64,000 nucleotides of DNA, taken from assembly GCA_965228005.1 (NCBI GenBank), contig CBDDGV010000003.1, forward strand, positions 828,244 through 892,243, in the 5' to 3' direction. Within the stretch, counting starts at the first letter, position 1. Every line of letters starts with the position of its first letter. The DNA is from Lacipirellulaceae bacterium (GTDB taxonomy: Bacteria > Planctomycetota > Planctomycetia > Pirellulales > Lacipirellulaceae). Positions 31,448 through 38,299 of this stretch are shown here, one piece after another. Both the position numbers and the translations under genes were made by a program. The notes under the pieces were generated by a model. That model searched no databases. It saw only the letters and a list, made by a program, of their open reading frames with translations, and was not told where the DNA came from.

Positions 31448-32596
31448 CTACAGCAGGTTGACCACACGGTCGGCGAGGCCCTTCTCGCCGAGCACGACGT
31501 TGAGCTTGCCGCTCGTGGCGACCTTCTCCAGGACCTCAAGTTCCCGGAGACGCATCAGCGTCGTGTTGTCGGCGAGCAGGCGGGCCGTGTTGGCCTGCGA
31601 CCGCATCGCGGCCGTCTCCTCGCGTCGGGCGATCAGGTTCGCCTCGGCGGCCTTCTTGGCCTCCGTCACTCGGTTGAGCAGGACCTTCATGTCGCCCGGC
31701 AGGATCACGTCCTTGACGCCCACCGAAACGACTTCCAGACCCAGCTCACCCGACCGGCGACGGACCGACTCGGCGAACTCGTCCGTGACGGCGTCCTTGT
31801 CCGTCAGGAACGCGTCCAGGTCGCGCGTCGCCACGACCGCACGCAGAGCCAGCTGCGCCTCGCGGTACAGCGACTGCTTCGCGCCGTCGGCCACGGTGAC
31901 CGCCTGCCGCGCGTCGACCACGCGGTAGGTAACCACGGCGTTCATCCGCAGCGTGACCTTGTCGGCGGTCATGATTTCCTGACCGGCGACATCGAGGGTC
32001 TGCTCACGGAGGTCGACCTCGACCACCTTCGCGTCGGCTGTGCGCCGCCAGTACGCGTACTGGCCCGGCGGCAGCGTCTCGACGAAGCTGCCGTCGTAGA
32101 ACACGACGCCGACCGAGTTCCGCGCAACCGTGCAGATGTCGAGCACCTGCGAGGCGTACGGGCTGCCGAGCACACGGTTGAGGTCCTTGTGACGGAAGCG
32201 GACCTCGCCGGCGTCGACGACCTCGACACGCACGTCCTTCTCGCCGGTCCAGTACGCGTACAGGCCCGGCGGCAGGATGTGGCTGAAGCGGCCCTCGATC
32301 CAGACCAGGCCGCGGTCGTTGTCCTTGAGGTCCACGACCACCGCCTCGCCTTCCAGGGCGCCGCTCTTCACGATCGCCTCGAGTTCGTCGTGCGCCAGCC
32401 AAGGGTCGCGACGCGACACGACATCGACCCGCACCTTCCACGACGGGGCCTTCAGCCAGTGCCGCCCGCGGGTGAGCAGGCCCTGGAACTCGCCGTCTCG
32501 GAAGTAGAGGCCTACTTCGTAGCTACGAATCTTGACTCGCTTGTAAAACGTCATGGGAGGCCTCCTTTCTGTGGCCAAGGGGTTGGGTGCACTCAA
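31448..32596 (-). CDS. SPFH/band-7 (HflC/stomatin-like) family protein
   Basis: 382 aa with an SPFH-like central region. N-terminal repeated GxYAYW motifs. The 3' 400 nt are duplicated at 9983-10433. Confidence 0.7.
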   Translation of the reverse strand: MSAPNPLATERRPPMTFYKRVKIRSYEVGLYFRDGEFQGLLTRGRHWLKAPSWKVRVDVVSRRDPWLAHDELEAIVKSGALEGEAVVVDLKDNDRGLVWIEGRFSHILPPGLYAYWTGEKDVRVEVVDAGEVRFRHKDLNRVLGSPYASQVLDICTVARNSVGVVFYDGSFVETLPPGQYAYWRRTADAKVVEVDLREQTLDVAGQEIMTADKVTLRMNAVVTYRVVDARQAVTVADGAKQSLYREAQLALRAVVATRDLDAFLTDKDAVTDEFAESVRRRSGELGLEVVSVGVKDVILPGDMKVLLNRVTEAKKAAEANLIARREETAAMRSQANTARLLADNTTLMRLRELEVLEKVATSGKLNVVLGEKGLADRVVNLL

Positions 32597-32996
32597 TTGG
32601 CGAGTGCAGGAAGTGAAAGACTCGGTGTATCTCGATTGGTTCGTTGGTAATGGTGAATAAACCCTCGGGCGGCGGTGCGATCCGTTGGATCACGCACGCG
32701 CTACGCGGAGCACGCTTGAGCGGTCGTTGGCGCTGCGGCTTCGGGGAGCGTCTGCCGTGGAGGCTCGCGCGGGGCTTCCCGCGGTTGCGTCCAACGGCTT
32801 GGTCTCCCTTCGGCACGCCGCGCCGCTGCAAAGCGGTATCTGCGTGCTACAAAGCGGCGAGTGGCGTTGCCGGCGCTGCTTCTACGACAGGGATTGGCCG
32901 GAGCCTCTCCGAGCCGGGTCCGCAACGGCCGGCCGATCCAACGTCCGTCCGCCGCCCTCGGGCTTCTTGGTGACGCTCTCGCGTCGACACCCTTCA

Positions 32997-33071
32997 TGGT
33001 GGGGGGTGCGGGAGTCGAACCCGCGACAGCCAGATTAACAGTCTGGTGCTCTACCACTGAGCTAACCTGGT
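32997..33071 (-). tRNA. tRNA-Asn(GTT)-like with encoded CCA; acceptor strands not complementary, likely a pseudogene
   Basis: Perfect T-arm gcggg/cccgc, D-arm gctc..gagc and AC loop ctgttaa. The 5' acceptor accaggt cannot pair with 3' acccccc. Confidence 0.4.
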
Positions 33072-33193
33072 GGCGATCTGACGTTGGCCATCCTAGAACC
33101 CATGCACGGAACACGCCCGCCCAACCGAACCAAGCGGGGACGGACGCGCCGCTGGCCCGGCACGTCAAAACCTTGCTTGTAGATCGTTCTAAG

Positions 33194-33265
33194 AGACGCC
33201 GGTGGGAGTCGAACCCACTTCAAACCGGGTTGCAGCCGGTTGCCTCGCCGTCGGGCTCCAGCGTC
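33194..33265 (-). tRNA. tRNA-Cys(GCA)
   Basis: AC arm accgg-ctgcaac-ccggt. U73 discriminator. 7-bp acceptor with one G-U pair. 3-bp D-stem. Confidence 0.6.
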
Positions 33266-33288
33266 TTCGTTGTCACTGAAAGTGTCAG

Positions 33289-33360
33289 CAGCCTGTCCAG
33301 GAGTTGAACCTGATCCTCGACCTTCGCAGGGTCGCGTGCGATCCGCCACACCCACAGGCT
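33289..33360 (-). tRNA. tRNA-Arg(GCG)
   Basis: AC arm cgacc-ctgcgaa-ggtcg. Acceptor agcctgt/acaggct perfect. Confidence 0.6.
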
Positions 33361-33364
33361 GTAG

Positions 33365-33437
33365 TACCTCGCCAGGGAATCGAACCCCGTCTTGCAGATT
33401 CGAAGTCTGCCGTGCTCGTCCGTCACACTCGCAAGGC
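33365..33437 (-). tRNA. tRNA-Arg(TCG)
   Basis: AC arm gcaga-cttcgaa-tctgc. D-stem gtgt/gcac. Confidence 0.6.
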
Positions 33438-33469
33438 GTCGTAGCCCGTCCAGGAATCGAGGGGCTGGT

Positions 33470-33530
33470 CAACTCTACCGCGTGCCGCCTTCATCCTCCC
33501 TCGCCGGTCGGCGGCGTCACTTGCTTCCAA
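33470..33530. repeat. Conserved ~60-nt element, copy A (second copy at 37262-37316)
   Basis: ctaccgcgtgYcgcct...tcctccctNNccggtcggcggcgWcacttgctYcc is shared by both loci. Contains the hairpin cgccg-gtcgg-cggcg. Not foldable as a tRNA. Confidence 0.5.
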
Positions 33531-33580
33531 CAGCTTCGGAAGCTGACATGCGCTCCGGCACACCCACGGGCCGTACTCAG

Positions 33581-33652
33581 CATCTCGACCTGGGGTCGAA
33601 CCAGGACCTGGGCTTTAGGAGAGCCCCGTGCGGTCCATTACACTATCGAGAT
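33581..33652 (-). tRNA. tRNA-Arg(CCT)
   Basis: AC arm gggct-ctcctaa-agccc. Acceptor perfect. Confidence 0.6.
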
Positions 33653-33656
33653 GTGG

Positions 33657-33730
33657 GGCCGACGGCTGGATTCGCACCAGCATGATCCGGTTTACAAGAC
33701 CGGCGCCTTTCTAGGTCGAGCCACGTCGGC
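33657..33730 (-). tRNA. tRNA-Thr(TGT)
   Basis: AC arm ccggt-cttgtaa-accgg. T-loop variant tgcgaat. Confidence 0.55.
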
Positions 33731-33734
33731 ACAG

Positions 33735-33803
33735 CAGGAGTGCAAGGAATCGAACCCTGCTCGGCGGTTTTGGAGGCCGCTTGCTTCCCAGAAGCACACT
33801 CCT
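33735..33803 (-). tRNA. tRNA-Trp(CCA) with an unusually short D-arm
   Basis: AC loop ctccaaa. Acceptor aggagtg/cactcct perfect. D region is only 16 nt. Confidence 0.5.
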
Positions 33804-33813
33804 GTAGTTCGAG

Positions 33814-33887
33814 GGCATCCGGAGGGATTCGAACCCTCACTTCCTGCTTCACAGGCAGGCGTGCGTACCGTGTACACCTCGGACACC
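33814..33887 (-). tRNA. tRNA-His(GTG) with encoded G-1
   Basis: AC arm cctgc-ctgtgaa-gcagg. Extra 5' G opposite C73, as expected for bacterial tRNA-His. Confidence 0.65.
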
Positions 33888-33921
33888 ATAAGTTGGGCCG
33901 CCGTCGCCGACGGCCCAACAG

Positions 33922-34722
33922 TCAGTCGATGAACGCCACGTGCCGCATGGCCGCCGAGTCGGTCTCGGTGTTCAACAGCACCTGACGCCACTCCTTCAGC
34001 ACGATCGTCTTGTGATCGGCGTGCCGTACCTTGCCGCGTACGAAGACCAGAGGGTTCCGCTTCTGGGTGACCCAGTGCAGGTTCCGCATCTTCGGCCGAC
34101 GGCTGATCAGCTGACGGTACTGCTCGACGGTCAAGCCGTTCGGACGCGCGTTGCTGACGTAGACGGTCTCGCCGCCCTGACGCACCAACTCGTCGACCAT
34201 GTGCGGCTTGCCGCCGCCGCGGATCAGCGGCTCGTTCCGCAGGATCAGCCTCTCGTCGACCCGCACCCACCGTGGGACCGGGACGAAGAACCACTCACCC
34301 TGGCGGACGAACGCCTCGTTGCGACGGCGGTTCCGCTTCCTCCGCTTGACCTTCAGCTCGTCCTGCCGACGCCGGACCGGCAGCGGCTTCAACGCCTCCA
34401 TCGCCGTAATGACATTGGAGGCGCCCGCCCGCTCCGGCACCGCGGCGACGAACCAGTGACGCTCGTCGTGGCCGCATAGGAACTTGTGCTTCCCGTCCGA
34501 ATCACGGGACATCAGCAGCAAGTGCCGCTCCCGCGGCCGCGTATCGACGACCTGCAGCTCCCGCTCACGACCGGGCAGGACCGAAACGCCGAAGAACTCG
34601 CCCTCGGCGTCCGACCCGATGTCGATCGATACGCTGCTCTGCAGCCGCCTCGATACGCTAACGTCAACCTTGGCACGCGCGCCGATCTTGGCGAAGTGCC
34701 GCTCAATCAAGTGCGCGTTCAT
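33922..34722 (-). CDS. hypothetical protein embedded in the tRNA array (267 aa, basic K/R-rich centre)
   Basis: ORF on the same strand as the tRNAs, with no overlap of neighbouring tRNAs when started at MNAHLIERHF. Contains FLCGHDERHWFVAAVPE and KVKRRKRNRRRNEAF. No family recognised. Confidence 0.5.
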   Translation of the reverse strand: MNAHLIERHFAKIGARAKVDVSVSRRLQSSVSIDIGSDAEGEFFGVSVLPGRERELQVVDTRPRERHLLLMSRDSDGKHKFLCGHDERHWFVAAVPERAGASNVITAMEALKPLPVRRRQDELKVKRRKRNRRRNEAFVRQGEWFFVPVPRWVRVDERLILRNEPLIRGGGKPHMVDELVRQGGETVYVSNARPNGLTVEQYRQLISRRPKMRNLHWVTQKRNPLVFVRGKVRHADHKTIVLKEWRQVLLNTETDSAAMRHVAFID

Positions 34723-34757
34723 AGGAACGTCCTCCAGGAAACAGAAAACAAAACCAG

Positions 34758-34842
34758 CGGAAGGAGAGGGAGTCGAACCCTCAAGGCAGTGAAGCTCCAC
34801 CGGCTTCCAACCGGGTCCCGTCGCCCATCGGGTAGCCCTTCC
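34758..34842 (-). tRNA. tRNA-Ser(GGA), type II
   Basis: 85 nt. AC loop ttggaag. Long variable arm. G73. Confidence 0.55.
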
Positions 34843-34850
34843 GTACCCAG

Positions 34851-34940
34851 TAGCCCGACCAGGATTCGAACCTGGCCCCGTCACTCAGCAAACGCGGCTC
34901 GTTAGAAGCGAGGGATGATCGTCCGTTTCACCATCGAGCC
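34851..34940 (-). tRNA. type II (long variable arm) tRNA with apparent anticodon TCT; identity ambiguous
   Basis: 90 nt, A73, 21-nt variable arm. AC loop cttctaa closed by a 4-bp stem plus a C-C mismatch. Confidence 0.4.
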
Positions 34941-34963
34941 AAACTCTTTTTTGCAAACGCAAG

Positions 34964-35053
34964 CGGAAGGCATGGGATTCGAACCCACATGCCGCGAGTG
35001 AGGCGGCTCCGCATTAGCAGTGCGGCCCGGCGAGCCGTATCCGGCTGCCTTCC
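34964..35053 (-). tRNA. tRNA-Ser(GCT), type II
   Basis: 90 nt. AC arm ccgca-ctgctaa-tgcgg. G73. Acceptor perfect. Confidence 0.6.
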
Positions 35054-35061
35054 GTGTTTAG

Positions 35062-35150
35062 TGGACCCACTGGGAATCGAACCCACCGCGTTCCCCTAAG
35101 GACGTAGGCCGACCTGCCGAGCCGGTGTCGTCCCGTTGGACCATGAGCCC
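35062..35150 (-). tRNA. type II tRNA-like gene, anticodon unresolved (Leu-like D-arm)
   Basis: 89 nt. Acceptor pairs with G-U wobbles. D-arm resembles tRNA-Leu. AC loop tcggcag has no U33. Confidence 0.35.
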
Positions 35151-35161
35151 TCGTGTGGAGT

Positions 35162-35234
35162 GGACCGGAAGGGAATCGAACCCTTCGCACCGACTTTGCA
35201 AGAGTCAGTCGCCCCCTTGGAACATGCCAGCCCA
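35162..35234 (-). tRNA. tRNA-Ala(TGC)
   Basis: G3:U70 in the acceptor. AC loop cttgcaa. A73. D-arm non-canonical. Confidence 0.55.
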
Positions 35235-35243
35235 TTCTCTGAG

Positions 35244-35314
35244 AGGTCCGTCCGGGAATTGAACCCGGTCCTCGTCCTTACCACGGACGCGTGCGGCCGA
35301 AACACTTACAGACC
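35244..35314 (-). tRNA. tRNA-Thr(GGT)
   Basis: AC arm cgtcc-gtggtaa-ggacg. Confidence 0.55.
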
Positions 35315-35320
35315 ATCGAG

Positions 35321-35393
35321 TGATCCCGGATGGAATCGAACCATCTATCTCCTGGGTGTCATCCAGGCGTCGTAGCCGTTGGACCACGGGATC
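35321..35393 (-). tRNA. tRNA-Val(GAC)
   Basis: AC arm cctgg-atgacac-ccagg. Acceptor perfect. Confidence 0.55.
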
Positions 35394-35398
35394 GTCAG

Positions 35399-35474
35399 TG
35401 ACCAGGGTGGGAGTCGAACCCACAAAATCACCAGGCTCTCGACCTGGTCGCTTTGCCAGTTTGCGTACCCAATC
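35399..35474 (-). tRNA. tRNA with Leu-type anticodon GAG on a short-variable-arm scaffold (atypical)
   Basis: AC arm ccagg-tcgagag-cctgg. 7-nt variable region. D-arm ta-cgc-aaactggcaa-agcg. A73. Confidence 0.35.
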
Positions 35475-35482
35475 ATGGGAAG

Positions 35483-35550
35483 TAGCGGGTCCGGGAGTCG
35501 CACCCGACGGTCCAGGCTTATGAGGCCCGGCTGAGCCTGGCTCACCCGCA
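35483..35550 (-). tRNA. tRNA-Met(CAT)-like with 1:72 mismatch and aberrant D-arm
   Basis: AC arm cgggc-ctcataa-gcctg. U1-U72 unpaired. D region is only ~14 nt. Confidence 0.35.
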
Positions 35551-35557
35551 TCAGCAG

Positions 35558-35658
35558 TAGCCAAGGGGCCGCGTATTCAGGGAAACGGGGCGAACTCCCA
35601 CGCCACAAGTGGCACGACATTCTGAGTGTCGCGTGTCTACCTGTTCCACCACTTGGCT
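35558..35658 (-). tRNA. tRNA-Leu(CAG)-like, type II, atypical T region
   Basis: AC arm cgaca-ctcagaa-tgtcg. Variable hairpin gccac-aa-gtggc. Leu-like D-arm tg-gtg-gaacaggtaga-cac. Acceptor agccaag/cttggct. Confidence 0.4.
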
Positions 35659-35665
35659 GTATCAG

Positions 35666-35736
35666 TAGCCCGTACGGGAATCGAACCCGTGCCGCGAGTT
35701 TGAGGGACTCGCATCCTGCCGCTAGACCAACGGGCC
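35666..35736 (-). tRNA. tRNA-Glu(CTC)
   Basis: Glu-like D-arm tg-gtc-tagcggcagga. AC loop ccctcaa with C33. Confidence 0.5.
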
Positions 35737-35749
35737 TCTCTCGTGTCAG

Positions 35750-35831
35750 TGCGCCGGGCAGGAGTTGAACCTGCACAGCCCGAAGGCGGGTGGGTTACAG
35801 CCACTGGGGCTCGCCGATGCCCAGCCGACGC
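35750..35831 (-). tRNA. tRNA-Tyr(GTA), type II
   Basis: 82 nt. AC loop ctgtaac. D-stem gggc/gccc. Long variable region. Confidence 0.55.
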
Positions 35832-35846
35832 ATGAGTTGTTGCCAG

Positions 35847-35923
35847 TAGCACGGGTGGGAGTCGAACCCACAAACTGTCACGAAGGTTTGAGCTTCGTCG
35901 CTTTGCCGTTTGCGTACCGTGCC
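35847..35923 (-). tRNA. tRNA with Leu-type anticodon CAA on a short-variable-arm scaffold (atypical)
   Basis: AC arm cgaag-ctcaaac-cttcg. 9-nt variable region. A73. Confidence 0.4.
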
Positions 35924-35931
35924 GGATCGAG

Positions 35932-36006
35932 CGTCCCCGGCGGGATTTGAACCCGCGTCCTCCACCGTGACAGGGTGGCGAGCACTCCAGGCTGCTCCAC
36001 GAGGAC
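35932..36006 (-). tRNA. tRNA-Asp(GTC)
   Basis: AC arm ccacc-ctgtcac-ggtgg. G73. D-stem gagc/gctc. Confidence 0.6.
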
Positions 36007-36014
36007 CTGTTGAG

Positions 36015-36088
36015 TGGCTCAGGTGGGATTCGAACCCACAGCATCCTCGGGTTTAAGCCAAGGTGGTCTGCCGATTGCCTACCGAGCC
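36015..36088 (-). tRNA. tRNA with Leu-type anticodon TAA on a 74-nt type I scaffold (atypical)
   Basis: AC arm cttgg-cttaaac-ccgag. 6-nt variable region. A73. Confidence 0.4.
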
Positions 36089-36109
36089 GCCCGTTCACTT
36101 GCTTGTGAG

Positions 36110-36182
36110 TACCCAAAGCAGGATTCGAACCTGCAAACACCTGATCCTAAGTCAGGCCGCTCAGCCGTTGGCGTATCTGGGC
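36110..36182 (-). tRNA. tRNA with Leu-type anticodon TAG on a 73-nt type I scaffold (atypical)
   Basis: AC arm cctga-cttagga-tcagg. 5-nt variable region. A73. Confidence 0.4.
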
Positions 36183-36194
36183 ATCGCATCGAAG

Positions 36195-36267
36195 TAGTCC
36201 TGGGTGGACTCGAACCACCGATCTTCTTCTTGTAAGGAAGCCGCCTTTGCCGCTAGGCCACAGGACT
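36195..36267 (-). tRNA. tRNA-Val(TAC)
   Basis: AC loop cttacaa. Acceptor agtcctg/caggact perfect. D-stem gcct/aggc. Confidence 0.55.
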
Positions 36268-36366
36268 GAAAACCACAGTGCTTTAGCAAAAGTTGACCTA
36301 CTCGCATTTGCTTGCTAACCTTTGCTGGGCGCAGCGGAACAGTACTTGGAAACAGCGGTCGAGCCA

Positions 36367-37044
36367 ATGAAACGCTACCTACTTCTGTTCATATTCACCT
36401 CTCAATCAGTTTGTTTTTCTAGCAGTCTGATACTTGACCAATCGTTTGAATGGGAATCACCAGCACACTATGGTGGTTTCGGTTCAGCCTCCATGGGAAA
36501 AAGGCAAGCCCAAACCTTTACAGTTGGAGTTACAGGATCATTGCGTCGCATTGAGATTGCTGTTCGTCCGGAAGGCGAGCGTGAAGAAATGAACACAGAT
36601 CAAATTGAAATCTTTCTTGTGCAAACGGTGTCTGGATTACCAAACCTAAACCCGGCTAGTATGTTGGCATCAAGTTCAGAAACCATTCCGACTCCGGGTT
36701 CAGTACTCGTCCAGGGTGGGGAAAACAATAGGTTCCAGGACTTCCATTGGGCACAGTTCGACCTACCTCCAACAAGTGTGGTGTCTGGCGAACTCCTTGC
36801 AATCGTCTTGTCTACCGAAATCAATCATGGGTATCATTGGGCAGCAAGTTTTCCCGGATCATATTTATACGGTCGTGGGCTAAGAGGCTCTTCGGAAGGT
36901 ATATATGCTGAACCTCCGATTAACTTTCAGCATCGCGACTGGTTGTTTCGAACCTATGTCGTTCCGATTCCAGAGCCATCAGGAGCGCTATTGCTGGCTT
37001 TGGGAACAATTACTTTATGCGCCATCAGGAAGCGCCGAAGTTGA
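36367..37044 (+). CDS. PEP-CTERM protein, low-GC (foreign-looking) gene inside the tRNA array
   Basis: MKRYLLLFIFTSQSVCFSS signal. Ends VPIPEPSGALLLALGTITLCAIRKRRS. Coding sequence is AT-rich relative to the ~65% GC surroundings. Opposite strand to the tRNAs. Confidence 0.55.
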   Translation: MKRYLLLFIFTSQSVCFSSSLILDQSFEWESPAHYGGFGSASMGKRQAQTFTVGVTGSLRRIEIAVRPEGEREEMNTDQIEIFLVQTVSGLPNLNPASMLASSSETIPTPGSVLVQGGENNRFQDFHWAQFDLPPTSVVSGELLAIVLSTEINHGYHWAASFPGSYLYGRGLRGSSEGIYAEPPINFQHRDWLFRTYVVPIPEPSGALLLALGTITLCAIRKRRS

Positions 37045-37060
37045 TTCGATTTCTAGGGAA

Positions 37061-37122
37061 CTGCGGGGGTTGGAATCGAACCAATCCCAGCGCGCCCCGT
37101 CCTACCGTTGAACGACCCCGCA
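37061..37122 (-). tRNA. truncated tRNA-like gene lacking an anticodon arm (pseudogene)
   Basis: Perfect 7-bp acceptor tgcgggg/ccccgca, D-arm and T-arm present. Only 12 nt sit in place of anticodon arm plus variable region. Confidence 0.4.
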
Positions 37123-37140
37123 TAAGTTATCTCCCTCTAG

Positions 37141-37215
37141 TTCCGGGGGTAGGAATCGAACCTACGGACTCCTGGTTCAAAGCCAGGCAACACTACCAGC
37201 AGCGTCGACCCCGGA
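37141..37215 (-). tRNA. tRNA-Gln(TTG)
   Basis: AC arm cctgg-ctttgaa-ccagg. Acceptor perfect. Confidence 0.55.
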
Positions 37216-37261
37216 ATGCTTCCATCAAGAGAGTGCCCTGCGGGAGTCGGCCGCTCCACGA

Positions 37262-37316
37262 AGGACTACCGCGTGTCGCCTCGCTCCTCCCTACCGGTCG
37301 GCGGCGACACTTGCTC
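37262..37316. repeat. Conserved ~60-nt element, copy B (see 33470-33530)
   Basis: ctaccgcgtgtcgcctcgctcctccctaccggtcggcggcgacacttgctccc. Confidence 0.5.
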
Positions 37317-37425
37317 CCGCCTCGCCTGGTTGGAAGCCCGGAGCCTCTGCCGCTCGGCCAACGGAAGCAACCGAGCACGGCTGACTCAACGTCAGCCGAG
37401 CGCAGGGCGGTAGCTCTCAGAAAAG

Positions 37426-37513
37426 CGGAAGGAGTGAGAGTCGAACTCACAAGGCGCGCGTGGCGCTCGACTGCTTTCGAGGCAGCTGCCATCGCCCATT
37501 GGCTTGCCCTTCC
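37426..37513 (-). tRNA. type II tRNA-like gene with Ser(GGA)-like acceptor and abnormal (6- or 8-nt) anticodon loop
   Basis: Acceptor ggaagga/cccttcc identical to the tRNA-Ser(GGA) at 34758. Anticodon hairpin ctcga-aagcag-tcgag. Confidence 0.35.
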
Positions 37514-37521
37514 GTTTGGAG

Positions 37522-37593
37522 CACCGGTGGGAGGACTCGAACCTCCACTCGTCGGCTTAACAGGCCGCCGCCTTACCGTTTGGCCACACCGGT
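37522..37593 (-). tRNA. tRNA-Asn(GTT)
   Basis: AC loop ctgttaa. Acceptor accggtg/caccggt perfect. Confidence 0.55.
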
Positions 37594-37602
37594 TCATGTG
37601 AG

Positions 37603-37676
37603 TCAGGACGGCTGGATTCGAACCAGCGGTCTCGTGCGCCCGAGGCACGCGGAATACCAGGCTTTCCCACGCCCTG
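37603..37676 (-). tRNA. tRNA-Pro(CGG)
   Basis: AC arm cgtgc-ctcgggc-gcacg. D-stem ggaa/ttcc. Confidence 0.55.
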
Positions 37677-37683
37677 AATCGAA

Positions 37684-37754
37684 TGCGCCCAGCCGGAATC
37701 GAACCGACACACCCTGCATGGCGAGCAGGAAGGCTGCCACTACATCATGGGCGC
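37684..37754 (-). tRNA. tRNA-Gly(GCC)? (C33 in loop)
   Basis: AC arm cctgc-tcgccat-gcagg. Acceptor gcgccca/tgggcgc perfect. Confidence 0.4.
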
Positions 37755-37807
37755 AAAACAATGCGAATTAAGTTGTCAAAGAACGCGGAACGACCGGCCG
37801 TTCCGAG

Positions 37808-37879
37808 AGCACCGGGAGGGATTCGAACCCACGTAGCCGCTGTACGAGAGCGGAGTCTTTGCCTCTAGACGACCAGTGC
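37808..37879 (-). tRNA. tRNA-Thr(CGT)
   Basis: AC arm ccgct-ctcgtac-agcgg. Confidence 0.55.
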
Positions 37880-37889
37880 TTGTTGTCAG

Positions 37890-37962
37890 TGGGACCAGAG
37901 GGACTCGAACCCTCACCCGCCTGGGTAAGAACCAGGGATGCTGCCGCTAACACCTCAGTCCC
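37890..37962 (-). tRNA. tRNA-Lys(CTT)
   Basis: AC arm cctgg-ttcttac-ccagg. Confidence 0.55.
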
Positions 37963-37977
37963 AAAACCGTCTCGCAG

Positions 37978-38050
37978 TTGGCGCGGGAGGAATTGAACCC
38001 CCGACCCACGACTTATAAGGTCGTCGCTCTCACCACTGAGCTACGCGCCA
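37978..38050 (-). tRNA. tRNA(TAT), AUA-decoding tRNA-Ile2-like
   Basis: Fully canonical cloverleaf. Acceptor tggcgcg/cgcgcca. D-arm ta-gctc-agtggtga-gagc. AC arm acgac-cttataa-gtcgt with U33 and A37. Confidence 0.6.
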
Positions 38051-38069
38051 TGAAAGGGGGCGCAAGCAG

Positions 38070-38141
38070 TGGGGCCGGAGGGATTCGAACCCTCACCGTG
38101 CGGATTAAAAGTCCGTCGTGCAGCCGTTACACCACAGCCCC
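38070..38141 (-). tRNA. tRNA-Lys(TTT)
   Basis: AC loop cttttaa. Acceptor pairs with one G-U. Confidence 0.55.
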
Positions 38142-38223
38142 GAGGTCTGGGTTGGGCGTATCGGTTTGCGTCGGCGGACAGTCGACATCGTGTTGCTCCT
38201 AGTGGTTCGCGAAGTGCCGTGAG

Positions 38224-38295
38224 TGGTAGTCCTGGGAATCGAACTCAGCGCCGCGGTCTTATCAGGACCACTTGGGCAACCAGCCCTCGACTACC
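38224..38295 (-). tRNA. tRNA-Ile(GAT) (array copy, distinct from the chromosomal copy at 49397)
   Basis: AC loop ctgataa. Acceptor ggtagtc/gactacc perfect. Confidence 0.55.
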
Positions 38296-38299
38296 GTGA

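Noticed and set aside
38142-38223. 82-nt gap in the array that might hide another tRNA
   Set aside because: No T-arm or anticodon hairpin could be folded by hand. Left for tRNAscan-SE.
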